Source: Patescibacteria group bacterium UBA5272
Lineage (GTDB): Bacteria > Patescibacteriota > Minisyncoccia > Phycocordibacterales > UBA5272
Direction: 5' to 3'
Assembly: GCA_002408565.1 (NCBI GenBank)
Contig: DHTA01000002.1
Coordinates: forward strand, 21,873-62,871
DNA: 40,999 nt
Part shown: positions 26,830 through 36,579 of the stretch, in pieces
Position numbering within the stretch: the first letter of the stretch is position 1
How the letters are laid out: each line of letters opens with the position of its first letter
Notes under the pieces: model-generated
What the model was told of the DNA's origin: nothing
Databases searched by the model: none
The model's input: only the letters and a program-made list of their open reading frames with translations
Translations under genes and position numbers: made by a program

Positions 26830-27867
26830 ATGCCAACAAATAAAATAGAAATAACAGACAAGACAATTTTGAAGACAATTTTTTGGGTTTTGCTTTTTGT
26901 GGCCTTATTTTACTTCAAATCTGTAGTCTTAGTACTTTTCTTTTCGGTACTTATAGCTTCTATTGTAAACAGATTTGCTATACTCTTGAAAAGAATTAGA
27001 ATTCCAAGAACCGTTTCTGTTATTTTGGCTTATTTAATTACTTTTGGCTTACTGATTTTAATTGTTTATTCTTTTTTGCCGGCCGGGGTAAGGTATGCAG
27101 GATCTATCTTAAACAGCCTTCCTGATCTTTTGAATTCTTTTAAAACCTTTACTCCTATTTCTTCAGCTTGGTATAGCAATTTTTTGGCATATTTAATCGA
27201 GTCTGTTCAAGCCATTGATGTTAATGAGCTAGCGGGACAAATTAAGGGTTGGATTTTAAATGTTTCTATAGCTGGCTCATCTTCAGTGATAGTCACCATA
27301 GTTCATTTCTTTGTGGCCACAATAGTTTCTTTTTATATTGCTCTTTCTGAAAATGGTGTACAAAATTTCATTAGATTAGTCACTCCTAAAAAATATGAAG
27401 AGTATATGATAGGACTTTTTGATAGAGTGGATCGTAAAATGTCTAGTTGGTTTTTAGGTCAAATTCTTGTGGCTTTTATTGTAGCGTTAGCCATTTATAT
27501 TGTGCTCTTGGCCTTCAAAATACCTTTTGCTTTACCTATTGCTTTTTTGGCAGGAATTTTTGAGCTTTTGCCTCTTTTGGGGACTACTCTTGCAGCTATT
27601 CCAGCCATTTTTTTTGCTTGGAATATAGGCGGATTTTCTTTAGCTATTTTAATTTTGATTGCTTTCTTTTTAATTTCTCAACTTTCTTCTTATTTCTTTT
27701 ATCCAAAAATAGTAGGCAAATTTGTTAATATGCCAACAGTTGTGATTATTATAGCTATGTTTATAGGAGCTGAAGTTGGGGGTTTTTGGGGAGCTTTAAT
27801 AGCTATACCTCTCACCACAATTTTGTTAGAAATTTTAGCCGACTTCAATGAATTTAAGAAATTATAA
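26830..27867 (+). CDS. AI-2E family transporter
   Basis: Multi-TM protein; WFLGQIL, LAGIFELLPLLG, YPKIVG, GGFWGALIAIP; ATG at 26830. Confidence 0.9.
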   Translation: MPTNKIEITDKTILKTIFWVLLFVALFYFKSVVLVLFFSVLIASIVNRFAILLKRIRIPRTVSVILAYLITFGLLILIVYSFLPAGVRYAGSILNSLPDLLNSFKTFTPISSAWYSNFLAYLIESVQAIDVNELAGQIKGWILNVSIAGSSSVIVTIVHFFVATIVSFYIALSENGVQNFIRLVTPKKYEEYMIGLFDRVDRKMSSWFLGQILVAFIVALAIYIVLLAFKIPFALPIAFLAGIFELLPLLGTTLAAIPAIFFAWNIGGFSLAILILIAFFLISQLSSYFFYPKIVGKFVNMPTVVIIIAMFIGAEVGGFWGALIAIPLTTILLEILADFNEFKKL

Positions 27868-27885
27868 ATTTTAAAACCCAAAAAA

Positions 27886-29388
27886 ATGGATAAAAATAAT
27901 TTTTATATCACCACCACCCTTCCATATGTGAACGCTTCTCCACATATTGGTTTTGCTATGGAAATAATCAGAGCTGATGTTGTGGCAAGATATAAAAGAT
28001 ATCTAGGTTACAATGTGTTTTTTAATACTGGTACAGACGAACATGGACAAAAACTTTTTGAAGCTTCTAAAAGTGAAAATATTTCTTGCCAAGAATATGT
28101 GGATAGAAATTTTTTGAGTTTTTTAAATCTGGTCCAGGCTTTAAATATCTCTAGTGATACTTTTATACGAACTACCGAAGATAGGCATGTAAAAGCTGCC
28201 CAAGAAATCTGGAAAAGGTGTGAAACCAATGGTTATATTTACAAAAAAAACTATGAAATGAGATATTGTGTTGGATGTGAGTCAGAAAAACAAAACTCTG
28301 AACTTGATGAAAATGGAAGGTGCCAGGAACACCCGAATCGAGAGTTGGAGATTCGTGAAGAAGAAAATTATTTTTTCTCTTTCTCTAAATTACAAGAAAA
28401 ACTTTTAGAATTTTATAAAGAAAACCCTAGCTTCGTAATTCCAGATTTCAGATTTAACGAAATTAAAAATTTTGTAAAAAAAGGATTACAAGACTTTTCT
28501 ATTTCTCGCTTAAAATCTAAAATGGAATGGGGAATACCAGTACCAGAAGACAAGGAACATGTCATGTATGTTTGGTTTGACGCTTTAACTAATTATATTT
28601 CTACACTTGATTGGCCAAAAGAGACAGATTCAAATTTTGAAAAATTTTGGATACAAGACAAAAATAATAAAAGGGAAGTAGTTCAATATTGCGGCAAAGA
28701 TAATCTTCGTTATCAGGCGGCTACTTGGCAAGCCATACTAATGGCGGCTAATATTCCGAATTCTACCAATATTATTATCAATGGTTTTATTATTTCTGGC
28801 GGACAAAAGATGAGCAAAAGTTTGGGAAATGTGATCAGTCCTTACGATGTGATAAAGACTTACAAGCCAGTAACTGATTTTCCGGAAGAAGTTTTAAGAT
28901 TTGTTCTGACTCATGAAGTGGCAAATTTTGAAGATAGTGATATTACGGAAGATACTATTAAAAATGCTTATATTACTTTTTTGCAAAACGGTATAGGAAA
29001 TCAAGTGAGTCGTATTATGAAACTTTCTAATGGGTATTTAGGAAATGAAGACATTGAAGAAGTATTAGGAAAAGTAAGCGAAATTTCTTTCGCGAAAGAA
29101 TACGAAGACTTTTTGAACTCATTTAAGCTTAACGAAGCTATTCATTTTGTGACCAATCTTCAAAAAAAATTAGATGAATATATTCAAGAAACTGCTCCAT
29201 TTAAACTTTTAAAAAGTGAAATAGAAACTGAAAGAGAAAATGGAAAAAAGATTTTAAAAAATTGCTTAAAGGAACTTCTTGTTATCTCTTATCATTTAAA
29301 TTTCTTTATGCCAAAAACTTCTGAAAAAATATTTGAGTTAGTTAAAAACAATCAAATGCCAGAAAAACCACTTTTCGGTAGAATTTAA
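27886..29388 (+). CDS. metG: Methionine--tRNA ligase, short form
   Basis: YITTTLPYVNASPHIG, GTDEHGQK, YVWFDALTNY, KMSKSLGN. Confidence 0.96.
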   Translation: MDKNNFYITTTLPYVNASPHIGFAMEIIRADVVARYKRYLGYNVFFNTGTDEHGQKLFEASKSENISCQEYVDRNFLSFLNLVQALNISSDTFIRTTEDRHVKAAQEIWKRCETNGYIYKKNYEMRYCVGCESEKQNSELDENGRCQEHPNRELEIREEENYFFSFSKLQEKLLEFYKENPSFVIPDFRFNEIKNFVKKGLQDFSISRLKSKMEWGIPVPEDKEHVMYVWFDALTNYISTLDWPKETDSNFEKFWIQDKNNKREVVQYCGKDNLRYQAATWQAILMAANIPNSTNIIINGFIISGGQKMSKSLGNVISPYDVIKTYKPVTDFPEEVLRFVLTHEVANFEDSDITEDTIKNAYITFLQNGIGNQVSRIMKLSNGYLGNEDIEEVLGKVSEISFAKEYEDFLNSFKLNEAIHFVTNLQKKLDEYIQETAPFKLLKSEIETERENGKKILKNCLKELLVISYHLNFFMPKTSEKIFELVKNNQMPEKPLFGRI

Positions 29389-29390
29389 TT

Positions 29391-30032
29391 ATGGAAGTAA
29401 AAAGAGAACATATAGACAAAGTGTTAGATTTGGCCAAACTGTCTTTTCTTTTTGCTAAAACTAATCGATCAACTTTTCATGAGGATGGGGAAAGAGCCGA
29501 GTCGGACACTGATCACACTTTTATGCTTTCGCTCGTGGCTTGCTCTATAGCTGATACTTTTTATAAAGACACTTTAGATCTTGGGCTGGTTTCGCAATTT
29601 GCTTTAATTCATGATCTGGTAGAAGCTTACGCTTTAGATACAGATACATTTTTAAATAATGACAAAAAAGCCCAAATAGAAAAACACAAAAAAGAAGCGA
29701 AAGCTCTTGAGAGAATAGGAAAAGAATTTAATCAGGAATATTCTTGGGCTTACAAAAAAATAGTTGAATATGAGACACAATCCTCTAAAGAGGCTAGGTT
29801 TGTAAAATTTGTTGATAAATTCTTACCAGAAATTACTAATATTTTTAACAATTTTGCTTATATAAAATCTGTAAATGCTGACAAAGAAAAATTTTATTCC
29901 TTTTACAAGGAAAAATTTGAAAGACTAAAAGAAAAAAATATTCACGAGTTCCCAGAGTTGATAGCTATCCATGAAGGGATTTCGAATAGAATGTATAATT
30001 TATACGAAAAAGCATTCAAGAAAATGATTTAA
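29391..30032 (+). CDS. HD-domain hydrolase (YfbR/HDDC2-like)
   Basis: ESDTDHTF, LIHDLVEAY, FVKFVDK. Confidence 0.88.
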   Translation: MEVKREHIDKVLDLAKLSFLFAKTNRSTFHEDGERAESDTDHTFMLSLVACSIADTFYKDTLDLGLVSQFALIHDLVEAYALDTDTFLNNDKKAQIEKHKKEAKALERIGKEFNQEYSWAYKKIVEYETQSSKEARFVKFVDKFLPEITNIFNNFAYIKSVNADKEKFYSFYKEKFERLKEKNIHEFPELIAIHEGISNRMYNLYEKAFKKMI

Positions 30033-30036
30033 TTTT

Positions 30037-30897
30037 ATGAATTTTAATTTAGAAAAGGTTGAATATGTAGACATTCATTCTCATTTGAGCTTTAAGGATT
30101 ACAGAGAGAATCTCTCACAAATCTTAAAAAGAATGAAAGAGAATAAGGTCGCAACTATTTGTATAGGGACTGATTTGGAAGAAAGTTTAGAAGCTAAAAA
30201 AATAGCAGAAGAAAATGAGAATGTTTTATACAGTATAGCTCTTCATCCACATGACAATTTAAAAGAATTTGATTTTGCTTTTGAGAATCAAAAAAAATAT
30301 TTTTCTGATTTAAAAGAGATATCTAAAAGTGAAAAATGTGTGACAGTAGGAGAATGTGGTCTAGATTATTTTTATATTTCTAAAGAATTTGAAGGAGGAG
30401 AGTTGGTGTTTCAAAAGGAGAGGCAAAAAGAAATTTTTAAAAGACATATTGAACTAGCTTTAGATCTTGATTTGCCACTTATGTTACATATTCGCCCAAG
30501 TGAAACAGATGGAAACAGGGAAGATGCTTATTTGGATGCAATAGAAATTTTAAAAGAGTATAGAGTGAGAGGAAATTTTCACTTCTTTACTTCTACAAAA
30601 AAAGTTATGGAAAAGATTTTAAAAAACCTTCCGGATTTTTCTTTTTCTATTCCAGCAGTTTGTACTTTTACAGATGAATACGATGAAATGATAAAAGCTA
30701 TACCGTTAGACAAGATTCATATTGAAACAGATTCTCCTTTTGTTTTACCTAAGAATAAAAGAAAAGAAGCTAAACAAAATGAACCAAGTTTTGTGGTAGA
30801 GGTTTTTGAAAAAGTGTGTGAAATTAGAAAAATTGAAGACAAAAACAAATTTAAAAATGTCTTAAAAGAGAATTTTGAAAAGATGTTTTTGAAATAA
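30037..30897 (+). CDS. tatD: TatD-family nuclease
   Basis: DIHSHL, LHPH, VGECGLDY, LHIR, FHFF, IETDSPF, NEP. Confidence 0.93.
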   Translation: MNFNLEKVEYVDIHSHLSFKDYRENLSQILKRMKENKVATICIGTDLEESLEAKKIAEENENVLYSIALHPHDNLKEFDFAFENQKKYFSDLKEISKSEKCVTVGECGLDYFYISKEFEGGELVFQKERQKEIFKRHIELALDLDLPLMLHIRPSETDGNREDAYLDAIEILKEYRVRGNFHFFTSTKKVMEKILKNLPDFSFSIPAVCTFTDEYDEMIKAIPLDKIHIETDSPFVLPKNKRKEAKQNEPSFVVEVFEKVCEIRKIEDKNKFKNVLKENFEKMFLK

Positions 30898-30988
30898 ACT
30901 AGTTTTACTTTTGCTGAAAATCCAGTTTGAAAAAGTGGAAAGATTGTGTTATTATACGAACCTTATTAGTTATTTAAAAAATAAAAAT

Positions 30989-31540
30989 ATGAATGAAAAT
31001 GAAACCGTGATACTAGACGAAAAAGAAATATATGAGATCTCATTTATTTTTGATAATCGTTTAGAAGAGGGTGCGGCAGTTGAAAAACTGGAGACTCTCA
31101 AAAAAGATATCGCTTCTCTTGGGGGAAGCTTCATTTCAGAAGAAACTCCATACATGCGCGAGCTCTCTTATGAGATGGTTAGGGTGGTGAACAATGTGAA
31201 CATAAAATTTGCTCAAGGATATTTTGGTTGGGTAAAATTTGAACTTTTGCCAGAAAATTTAGAAGAAATAAATAAAAAACTTAAACTTGATGAAGAAGTG
31301 GTTCGTTTTCTCATTGTAAAGACAGATAAGGGTAACGACATCTTTACAAAAGATATTCCAGTCATGAGAGCTGATTCCAGCATCAATGTTTCTGGCAAAG
31401 AAGAAGTTGAGGGTGATGAAGGTGGTATCGACACTACAGTAGAAGACAATATCGAAGAAAATCTGGACAAAGAAACCAAAGAAGAACTCGAAGCCGAAAT
31501 CGAGGATTTGGATAAAGATTCTTCTTCTGAAGAGGAATAA
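30989..31540 (+). CDS. rpsF: 30S ribosomal protein S6 with long acidic tail
   Basis: YEISFIF...RELSYEM...GYFGWVKF...LKLDEEVVRFLIVK; rpsF-ssb-rpsR synteny; ATG at 30989. Confidence 0.88.
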   Translation: MNENETVILDEKEIYEISFIFDNRLEEGAAVEKLETLKKDIASLGGSFISEETPYMRELSYEMVRVVNNVNIKFAQGYFGWVKFELLPENLEEINKKLKLDEEVVRFLIVKTDKGNDIFTKDIPVMRADSSINVSGKEEVEGDEGGIDTTVEDNIEENLDKETKEELEAEIEDLDKDSSSEEE

Positions 31541-31651
31541 AAGTTGTTCGTTAAAAAATTATTAGATTTAAGAAAAGGTGTATCGTGATATAATTTGCTT
31601 ATGTTTATATAAGTTGTAGAAATTAATTAATTTACACATAAAAATAAAAAT

Positions 31652-32107
31652 ATGTATTTAAATAAAGTAATGTTATATGGTAATCTTACAAGCGATCCAG
31701 ACCTTCGCAGCATGCCAAATGGCAACAAAGTAGTTTCTTTTGGTTTGGCCACTAACAGATCTTACAAAGATGGAAATGGATCAAAAAAAGAAGTAGCAGA
31801 ATTTCATAACGTTGTAGCTTTTGGTAAGTTGGCAGAAATTTTTGCTCAATGGCTCAAAAAAGGTAGACCAGTTTATGTGGAAGGCAGGATTCAAACTAGA
31901 AGTTGGGATGATGCTAATGGTGGAGGAAAAAAATATAGGACTGAAATCGTAGCTGAGAACTTCCAATTCGGAGTTTCTACTAATCGTGGAGAGGGTGATT
32001 TCCAAGCTCCGGTTGGAGAAAGTTCAGAATCCTCCAAAGAACTTGAAGAGTTGGATACTATAGATTATGGAGATGCGGAGATTAATCCAGACGATATACC
32101 GTTTTAG
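31652..32107 (+). CDS. ssb: Single-stranded DNA-binding protein
   Basis: LNKVMLYGNL, VEGRIQTRSW, C-terminal DDIPF. Confidence 0.98.
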   Translation: MYLNKVMLYGNLTSDPDLRSMPNGNKVVSFGLATNRSYKDGNGSKKEVAEFHNVVAFGKLAEIFAQWLKKGRPVYVEGRIQTRSWDDANGGGKKYRTEIVAENFQFGVSTNRGEGDFQAPVGESSESSKELEELDTIDYGDAEINPDDIPF

Positions 32108-32118
32108 AATTAGAAATT

Positions 32119-32325
32119 ATGAAAAACAAAAAACAAGATTACTTCAAAGAAAATAATATAAAGATTGATTATAAAAGTATTGATATTCTTCAAAAATTTG
32201 TTAATTCAAATGGGAGAATTTTAAACAGAAAAAAAACTAATCTTTCTTCTAAGAATCAAAGACTTTTAGCTAACGCTATTAAAAGAGCTAGATTTATGGG
32301 CTTAATGCCTTATGTGGCTAGATAA
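32119..32325 (+). CDS. rpsR: 30S ribosomal protein S18 (no Zn cysteines)
   Basis: IDYKSIDILQKF...GRIL...QRLLANAIKRARFMGLMPY. Confidence 0.96.
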   Translation: MKNKKQDYFKENNIKIDYKSIDILQKFVNSNGRILNRKKTNLSSKNQRLLANAIKRARFMGLMPYVAR

Positions 32326-32385
32326 ACTAGTCTAACAATTACTGCAAGTTTTTGCGGTTTTTGTTTTATTAAAACTACAAAAAAT

Positions 32386-32997
32386 ATGCATCCAAAAAAA
32401 GAAAAAACATTTGTTATTTTTAAACCAGACTCTGTCCAAAGAGGTCTGATTGGAGAAATTATTCATAGATTTGAAAGAGTAGGGTTAAAAATTGTAGCCA
32501 TGAAAATGGTTTTAGCAACTGAAGATCAGTGTTGGCAACATTACAATAAAGATGAAGCTTGGTATATTAAGACTGGCAACAGAATTATTGAAAATCGAAA
32601 AGCCCAAAATAAACCTATTGAAAAAGAAGCTGTAGAGTATGGTAAAGACGTAGTTAAGGGTTTGGTAAAATATATGACCTGCTCACCAGTGGTCGTTATG
32701 ATTTTAGAAGGCAACAGTTCTAGAGCAGTAGTAAAAAGATTGGTGGGGGGTACAGAACCTATTACAGCTGATACTGGCACAATTCGTGGAGATCTTACTT
32801 TAGATTCTTATTATCTTTGTGATGCTGATGATGGTAGAGCGGTAAGAAATCTTATTCATTGTACAGATCCGGCTGATGGAGAAGGGGAAGCGGAAAGAGA
32901 GATCTCTGTTTGGTTTAAGAAAGAAGAGATTGTTAAGTGGATATCCATTAACGAAAAAATGCTTTACGATGTGGATTTGGATGGACATCTTGAATAA
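32386..32997 (+). CDS. ndk: Nucleoside diphosphate kinase
   Basis: EKTFVIFKPDSVQRGLIGEII, GTIRGD, RNLIHCTD. Confidence 0.95.
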   Translation: MHPKKEKTFVIFKPDSVQRGLIGEIIHRFERVGLKIVAMKMVLATEDQCWQHYNKDEAWYIKTGNRIIENRKAQNKPIEKEAVEYGKDVVKGLVKYMTCSPVVVMILEGNSSRAVVKRLVGGTEPITADTGTIRGDLTLDSYYLCDADDGRAVRNLIHCTDPADGEGEAEREISVWFKKEEIVKWISINEKMLYDVDLDGHLE

Positions 32998-33060
32998 TTT
33001 GGTATAAAAACACCTTAACGTCAAATTTGCATTTTAATTCTAGCACGATAAAATACAAAT

Positions 33061-33190
33061 AGGATGCTTAATGAATTTATCTTTCATAAACATCTTTTGG
33101 GTGATGAGATATTGACTTTCGTCTGTGGATCTAAGTTTTCTCTACCCTCTTTAATTTCATTATTAAAGGTAGATGTCCATTAAGTGTCCT
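33061..33190 (+). ncRNA. Compact 6S-like RNA candidate
   Basis: Promoter TTGCAT-16-TAAAAT upstream; ends pair (aggatgcttaatg/cattaagtgtcct, atttatcttt/aaaggtagat), central bubble, apical stem; terminator 33193-33230; no ORF. Confidence 0.6.
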
Positions 33191-33192
33191 TT

Positions 33193-33230
33193 GCAAAAGC
33201 CTTACGCAAGTCGTGAGGTTTTTGTTTTTT
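33193..33230 (+). terminator. Intrinsic terminator of the 6S-like RNA
   Basis: gcaaaagccttacg-caagt-cgtgaggtttttgtttttt. Confidence 0.8.
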
Positions 33231-33276
33231 AAAATGAAACACAACAAAAAGAATGTTATAATTTCTACATAACTTT

Positions 33277-34659
33277 ATGGCTAAAATAAAAATTCAATTT
33301 GCAGGCGGCGCTGACACTACGACCGGTTCCAATTTTATTTTAAAGGTTGGTAGAAGGAATATCATGATTGACTGTGGATTGTTCCAAGGAGAAAAGGTGG
33401 CAGAAGATAATAATAGAGATTCTTTTCCTTATAATCCAAGAGATATAGATGTGCTTTTTGTTACTCACGGACATCTTGATCATGTGGGCAGAATACCTAA
33501 GTTAGTAAAAGAAGGGTTTCAGGGGATAATAGTTTCCACTTCGGCGACCCGAGATATAGGAGAATACATTTTAAAAGATTCTGTAGGCATTCTCACCAAA
33601 GAAGCAGAAAGAGAAGGTTTGCCTCCTATTTATTCTGAGGAAGATGTGGATAAGGCTATGAGTCTTTGGGAAGTTAAAAATCTTCACGAGGATATGTATA
33701 TAGATTCTGGCGATTCTGAAATTAGAAACATAAAAATTACTTTTTATGACGCGGGACATATTTTGGGTAGTAGCATGATAGTTTTTGAAATCAAGGGGCA
33801 AAAAATAATGTTTACAGGAGACTTGGGCAATTCTCCTTCGCCACTTTTAAAAGACACTGAACATGTTCCAGGTATTAATTATTTAATTATGGAAAGTGTT
33901 TACGGGGATAGAGAACATGAACATTTAGAAGATAGAGTTGAAATTTTAAAAAGTTTAATCAAAAAGACTATAGCTAAAAAAAGTGTTCTTATGATACCAG
34001 CCTTTTCAGTAGAAAGGACTCAGCAGCTGGTTTACATTTTTAACAACATGGTTGAAAATAAAGAAATTCCTTTGATACCAATATTTTTAGATTCACCTTT
34101 AGCTATAAATGTTACTAAGGTTTACAAAAAACACGAAAGAGAATTTAATGAAAATGTGAAAGAAATTATTCGTAATGGTGATGATATTTTTGCTTTTGCC
34201 GGCCTAACTATGACTAAAACACCAGAAGATTCTAAGTCTATAAGTAAAGTTCCAGGACCAAAAATAATTATTGCTGGAGCGGGAATGAGTAATGGAGGAA
34301 GAATTGTTCATCATGAAGCTAAATACTTACCAGACTCTCGCAACACTTTAATATTAATCGGTTATCAAGCAGCAGGTACTCTTGGTAGAAGAATATACGA
34401 AGGTGCCAAAGAGGTAACAATTTTTAAAGAAAAAATTCCAGTGAGAGCTGAAATTGCGAACCTTACTGGATTTTCAGCACATAAAGACTCTAGCGATTTA
34501 CAAGATTTTGTCGGAAAAATGAAAAAGAGTTTAAGGAAAGTTTTTGTAGTTTTAGGTGAACCTAAAAGTGAGAGCTATTTAGCGCAAAGACTTGTTGAAC
34601 AATATGGAGTGAAGGTCAAGGTTCCGATGGTTAACGAAACAATAGAAATAACCTTATAA
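33277..34659 (+). CDS. MBL-fold beta-CASP ribonuclease (CPSF73/YSH1-like)
   Basis: IDCGLFQG, THGHLDHVG, AGHILGS, FTGDLG, ESVYG, GYQAAGTLGR, FSAH. Confidence 0.93.
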   Translation: MAKIKIQFAGGADTTTGSNFILKVGRRNIMIDCGLFQGEKVAEDNNRDSFPYNPRDIDVLFVTHGHLDHVGRIPKLVKEGFQGIIVSTSATRDIGEYILKDSVGILTKEAEREGLPPIYSEEDVDKAMSLWEVKNLHEDMYIDSGDSEIRNIKITFYDAGHILGSSMIVFEIKGQKIMFTGDLGNSPSPLLKDTEHVPGINYLIMESVYGDREHEHLEDRVEILKSLIKKTIAKKSVLMIPAFSVERTQQLVYIFNNMVENKEIPLIPIFLDSPLAINVTKVYKKHEREFNENVKEIIRNGDDIFAFAGLTMTKTPEDSKSISKVPGPKIIIAGAGMSNGGRIVHHEAKYLPDSRNTLILIGYQAAGTLGRRIYEGAKEVTIFKEKIPVRAEIANLTGFSAHKDSSDLQDFVGKMKKSLRKVFVVLGEPKSESYLAQRLVEQYGVKVKVPMVNETIEITL

Positions 34660-34682
34660 TATATATGTTATAATTTTGAGAT

Positions 34683-35303
34683 ATGGATTCTAAAAAAACT
34701 AGTGAAAAAAAAATCGTAATTTGTGTTTCTGGGGCAGCTGATGTAGCCCATTGTGGTCCTGAAGTTCTTCAATCGGCTAGAGAGCTTGGTAAACAAGTTG
34801 CGGAACAAGGATGTATTCTTTCTACTGGGGCAACCAGTGGTTTCCCGCACGCTTCCGCTTTGGCTTATCAAGAAGCTGGAGGATTTTTCTCTTTAGGCCT
34901 TTCGCCGGCTACAGACGAAAAAGAACATACAGATTTATATTTTTTACCGCCAGATGGATGTGATGTGATAATTTATACAGGATTTGGTTTTCCTATGAGA
35001 GATATTATTTTAACTAAAAGTGCTGACGCTATGGTGGTGGGTTGTGGAAGAATAGGTACTATACATGAATTTACCGTAGCTTTTGAATCAAACATTCCTG
35101 TAGGTATTTTGGAAGGTCCTTGGACTACAGATGAAGTGATTCGGGATATTATTCGCAATAGTAATCGCACCAATCCAAAAATCATTTTTGACTCTAACCC
35201 TAAAAGGATAATAGAAAGATTGGTTGAAATGGCAAAAGAAAATAAAGACAGACGAGAGCTTGGTGATGTAGAAATGGTGGAGGAGATTAAAGCTAAAGTC
35301 TAA
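34683..35303 (+). CDS. LOG/SLOG-family Rossmann-fold nucleotide-binding protein
   Basis: ICVSGAA, ARELGKQVA, TGATSG, YTGFG, GRIGTIHEF. Confidence 0.85.
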   Translation: MDSKKTSEKKIVICVSGAADVAHCGPEVLQSARELGKQVAEQGCILSTGATSGFPHASALAYQEAGGFFSLGLSPATDEKEHTDLYFLPPDGCDVIIYTGFGFPMRDIILTKSADAMVVGCGRIGTIHEFTVAFESNIPVGILEGPWTTDEVIRDIIRNSNRTNPKIIFDSNPKRIIERLVEMAKENKDRRELGDVEMVEEIKAKV

Positions 35304-35320
35304 ATAAAAAACAATAATAA

Positions 35321-35349
35321 AATAAAAACTCCCTTTGGGAGTTTTTATT
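35321..35349. terminator. Bidirectional terminator between the LOG gene and rplT
   Basis: aataaaaactccc-ttt-gggagtttttatt. Confidence 0.8.
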
Positions 35350-35692
35350 ATTTTACAGTCTCTACAATTTTTTGAAAAACTTTTGGATCATTTTCTGCGA
35401 GATCTGCTAAGATTTTTCTGTCGAGCTTAATTTCCTTTTTCTTTAAAGCATTTATGAATTTGCTATAAGTTGTACCAAGTTCACGAAGAGAAGCATTCAT
35501 CTTTACATTCCAAAGCTTTCTCATGTCATTTTTCTTGTCTCTTCTGTGAGCGAAAGCATAAGTTCCTGCTTTTCTGAGAGCCACTTTTGCTTCTATTTCT
35601 TTTTTACTTCTTCCAAATCGATATCCTTTTGCACTTTTAAGGACGTTTCTTCTATGTTTGTTTGCGATTTTGCCGCCTTTTACTCTAGCCAT
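35348..35692 (-). CDS. rplT: 50S ribosomal protein L20
   Basis: MARVKGG...AKGYRFGRS...RKLW...LDRKILADLA. Confidence 0.98.
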   Translation of the reverse strand: MARVKGGKIANKHRRNVLKSAKGYRFGRSKKEIEAKVALRKAGTYAFAHRRDKKNDMRKLWNVKMNASLRELGTTYSKFINALKKKEIKLDRKILADLAENDPKVFQKIVETVK

Positions 35693-35713
35693 ATATTTTT
35701 CTTAATTAATAAA

Positions 35714-35905
35714 TTATTTTCCATTCCCTGGGAGAAATCTACTTTTTGCTTTATTTGTTATTTTAAATTCTCTCATTTTTTTCCCAGCAAGCTGTTTAGT
35801 TCTACTTTGTCGAGAATTAAAATGGTTAAAACCAGGTTTTCTTGCTAGAACCTTTCCGGTTTTTGTGACTTTTAGTCTCTTGCTAAGAGATTTATTTGTT
35901 TTCAT
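35714..35905 (-). CDS. rpmI: 50S ribosomal protein L35
   Basis: MKTNKSLSKRLKVTKTGK...HF; lies between infC and rplT. Confidence 0.95.
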   Translation of the reverse strand: MKTNKSLSKRLKVTKTGKVLARKPGFNHFNSRQSRTKQLAGKKMREFKITNKAKSRFLPGNGK

Positions 35906-35929
35906 AATAGTCTTGAAATCTTATCATAT

Positions 35930-36493
35930 TTAACGTACTTTTTCAAGTACGGTCATGAATTTGTTGCCAATTTTTTTAACTGGCTCAGCAAGTTTATATT
36001 CACAAGGAATAATTGCTAAAATTCTATCCATACGACTCCTCAAAAAAGCTTCATCTAAATATTTTGTTCTACCTCTCATTTGAAGATCTATCTTTACTCT
36101 GTGTCCTTCTTTTAGCCACTCAGCAGCTCTTTTAGCCTTAATCAAAATATCGTTATCACTGATTTCTACACTGATTTGTATATTTTTTGTCTCACTACTG
36201 ACCTGTTTAGCTTTAACTTCTTTTTTCTTTTTACTTACTTCGTAAGCATGTTTTCCATAATCTGCGATCTTGCAAATTGGAGGGGTTGCACTAGAAGAGA
36301 CCTCAATAAGATCTAGGCCAGCTTCTTCTGCCAACTTTAAAGCTTCTTCTTTTTGTAAGACTCCTAGATTTTTCCCGTGCTGATCTATTACACGCATTTC
36401 TAAAGCGCGTATCTGTCCATTGATACTTACTTTGTTTGAGTTTCTTCTTTGGAATCCTCCTGAATTTCTATAATAATCTTTATTGGGATACAT
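35930..36493 (-). CDS. infC: Translation initiation factor IF-3
   Basis: INGQIRA, GLDLIEVS, PPICKIADYGK, GHRVKI...RGR. Confidence 0.96.
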   Translation of the reverse strand: MYPNKDYYRNSGGFQRRNSNKVSINGQIRALEMRVIDQHGKNLGVLQKEEALKLAEEAGLDLIEVSSSATPPICKIADYGKHAYEVSKKKKEVKAKQVSSETKNIQISVEISDNDILIKAKRAAEWLKEGHRVKIDLQMRGRTKYLDEAFLRSRMDRILAIIPCEYKLAEPVKKIGNKFMTVLEKVR

Positions 36494-36579
36494 TTGTTGA
36501 AACTATTATAGCACATTAAAAATTTTTGAGAAGTGTTAAGAAAACTCTTTACAGAAAAAAATAAGATGCTAAAATATTG

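Noticed and set aside
32325-32386. Absence of rplI after rpsR as evidence of L9 loss
   Set aside because: rplI is often unlinked from rpsF-ssb-rpsR; cannot be judged from this window
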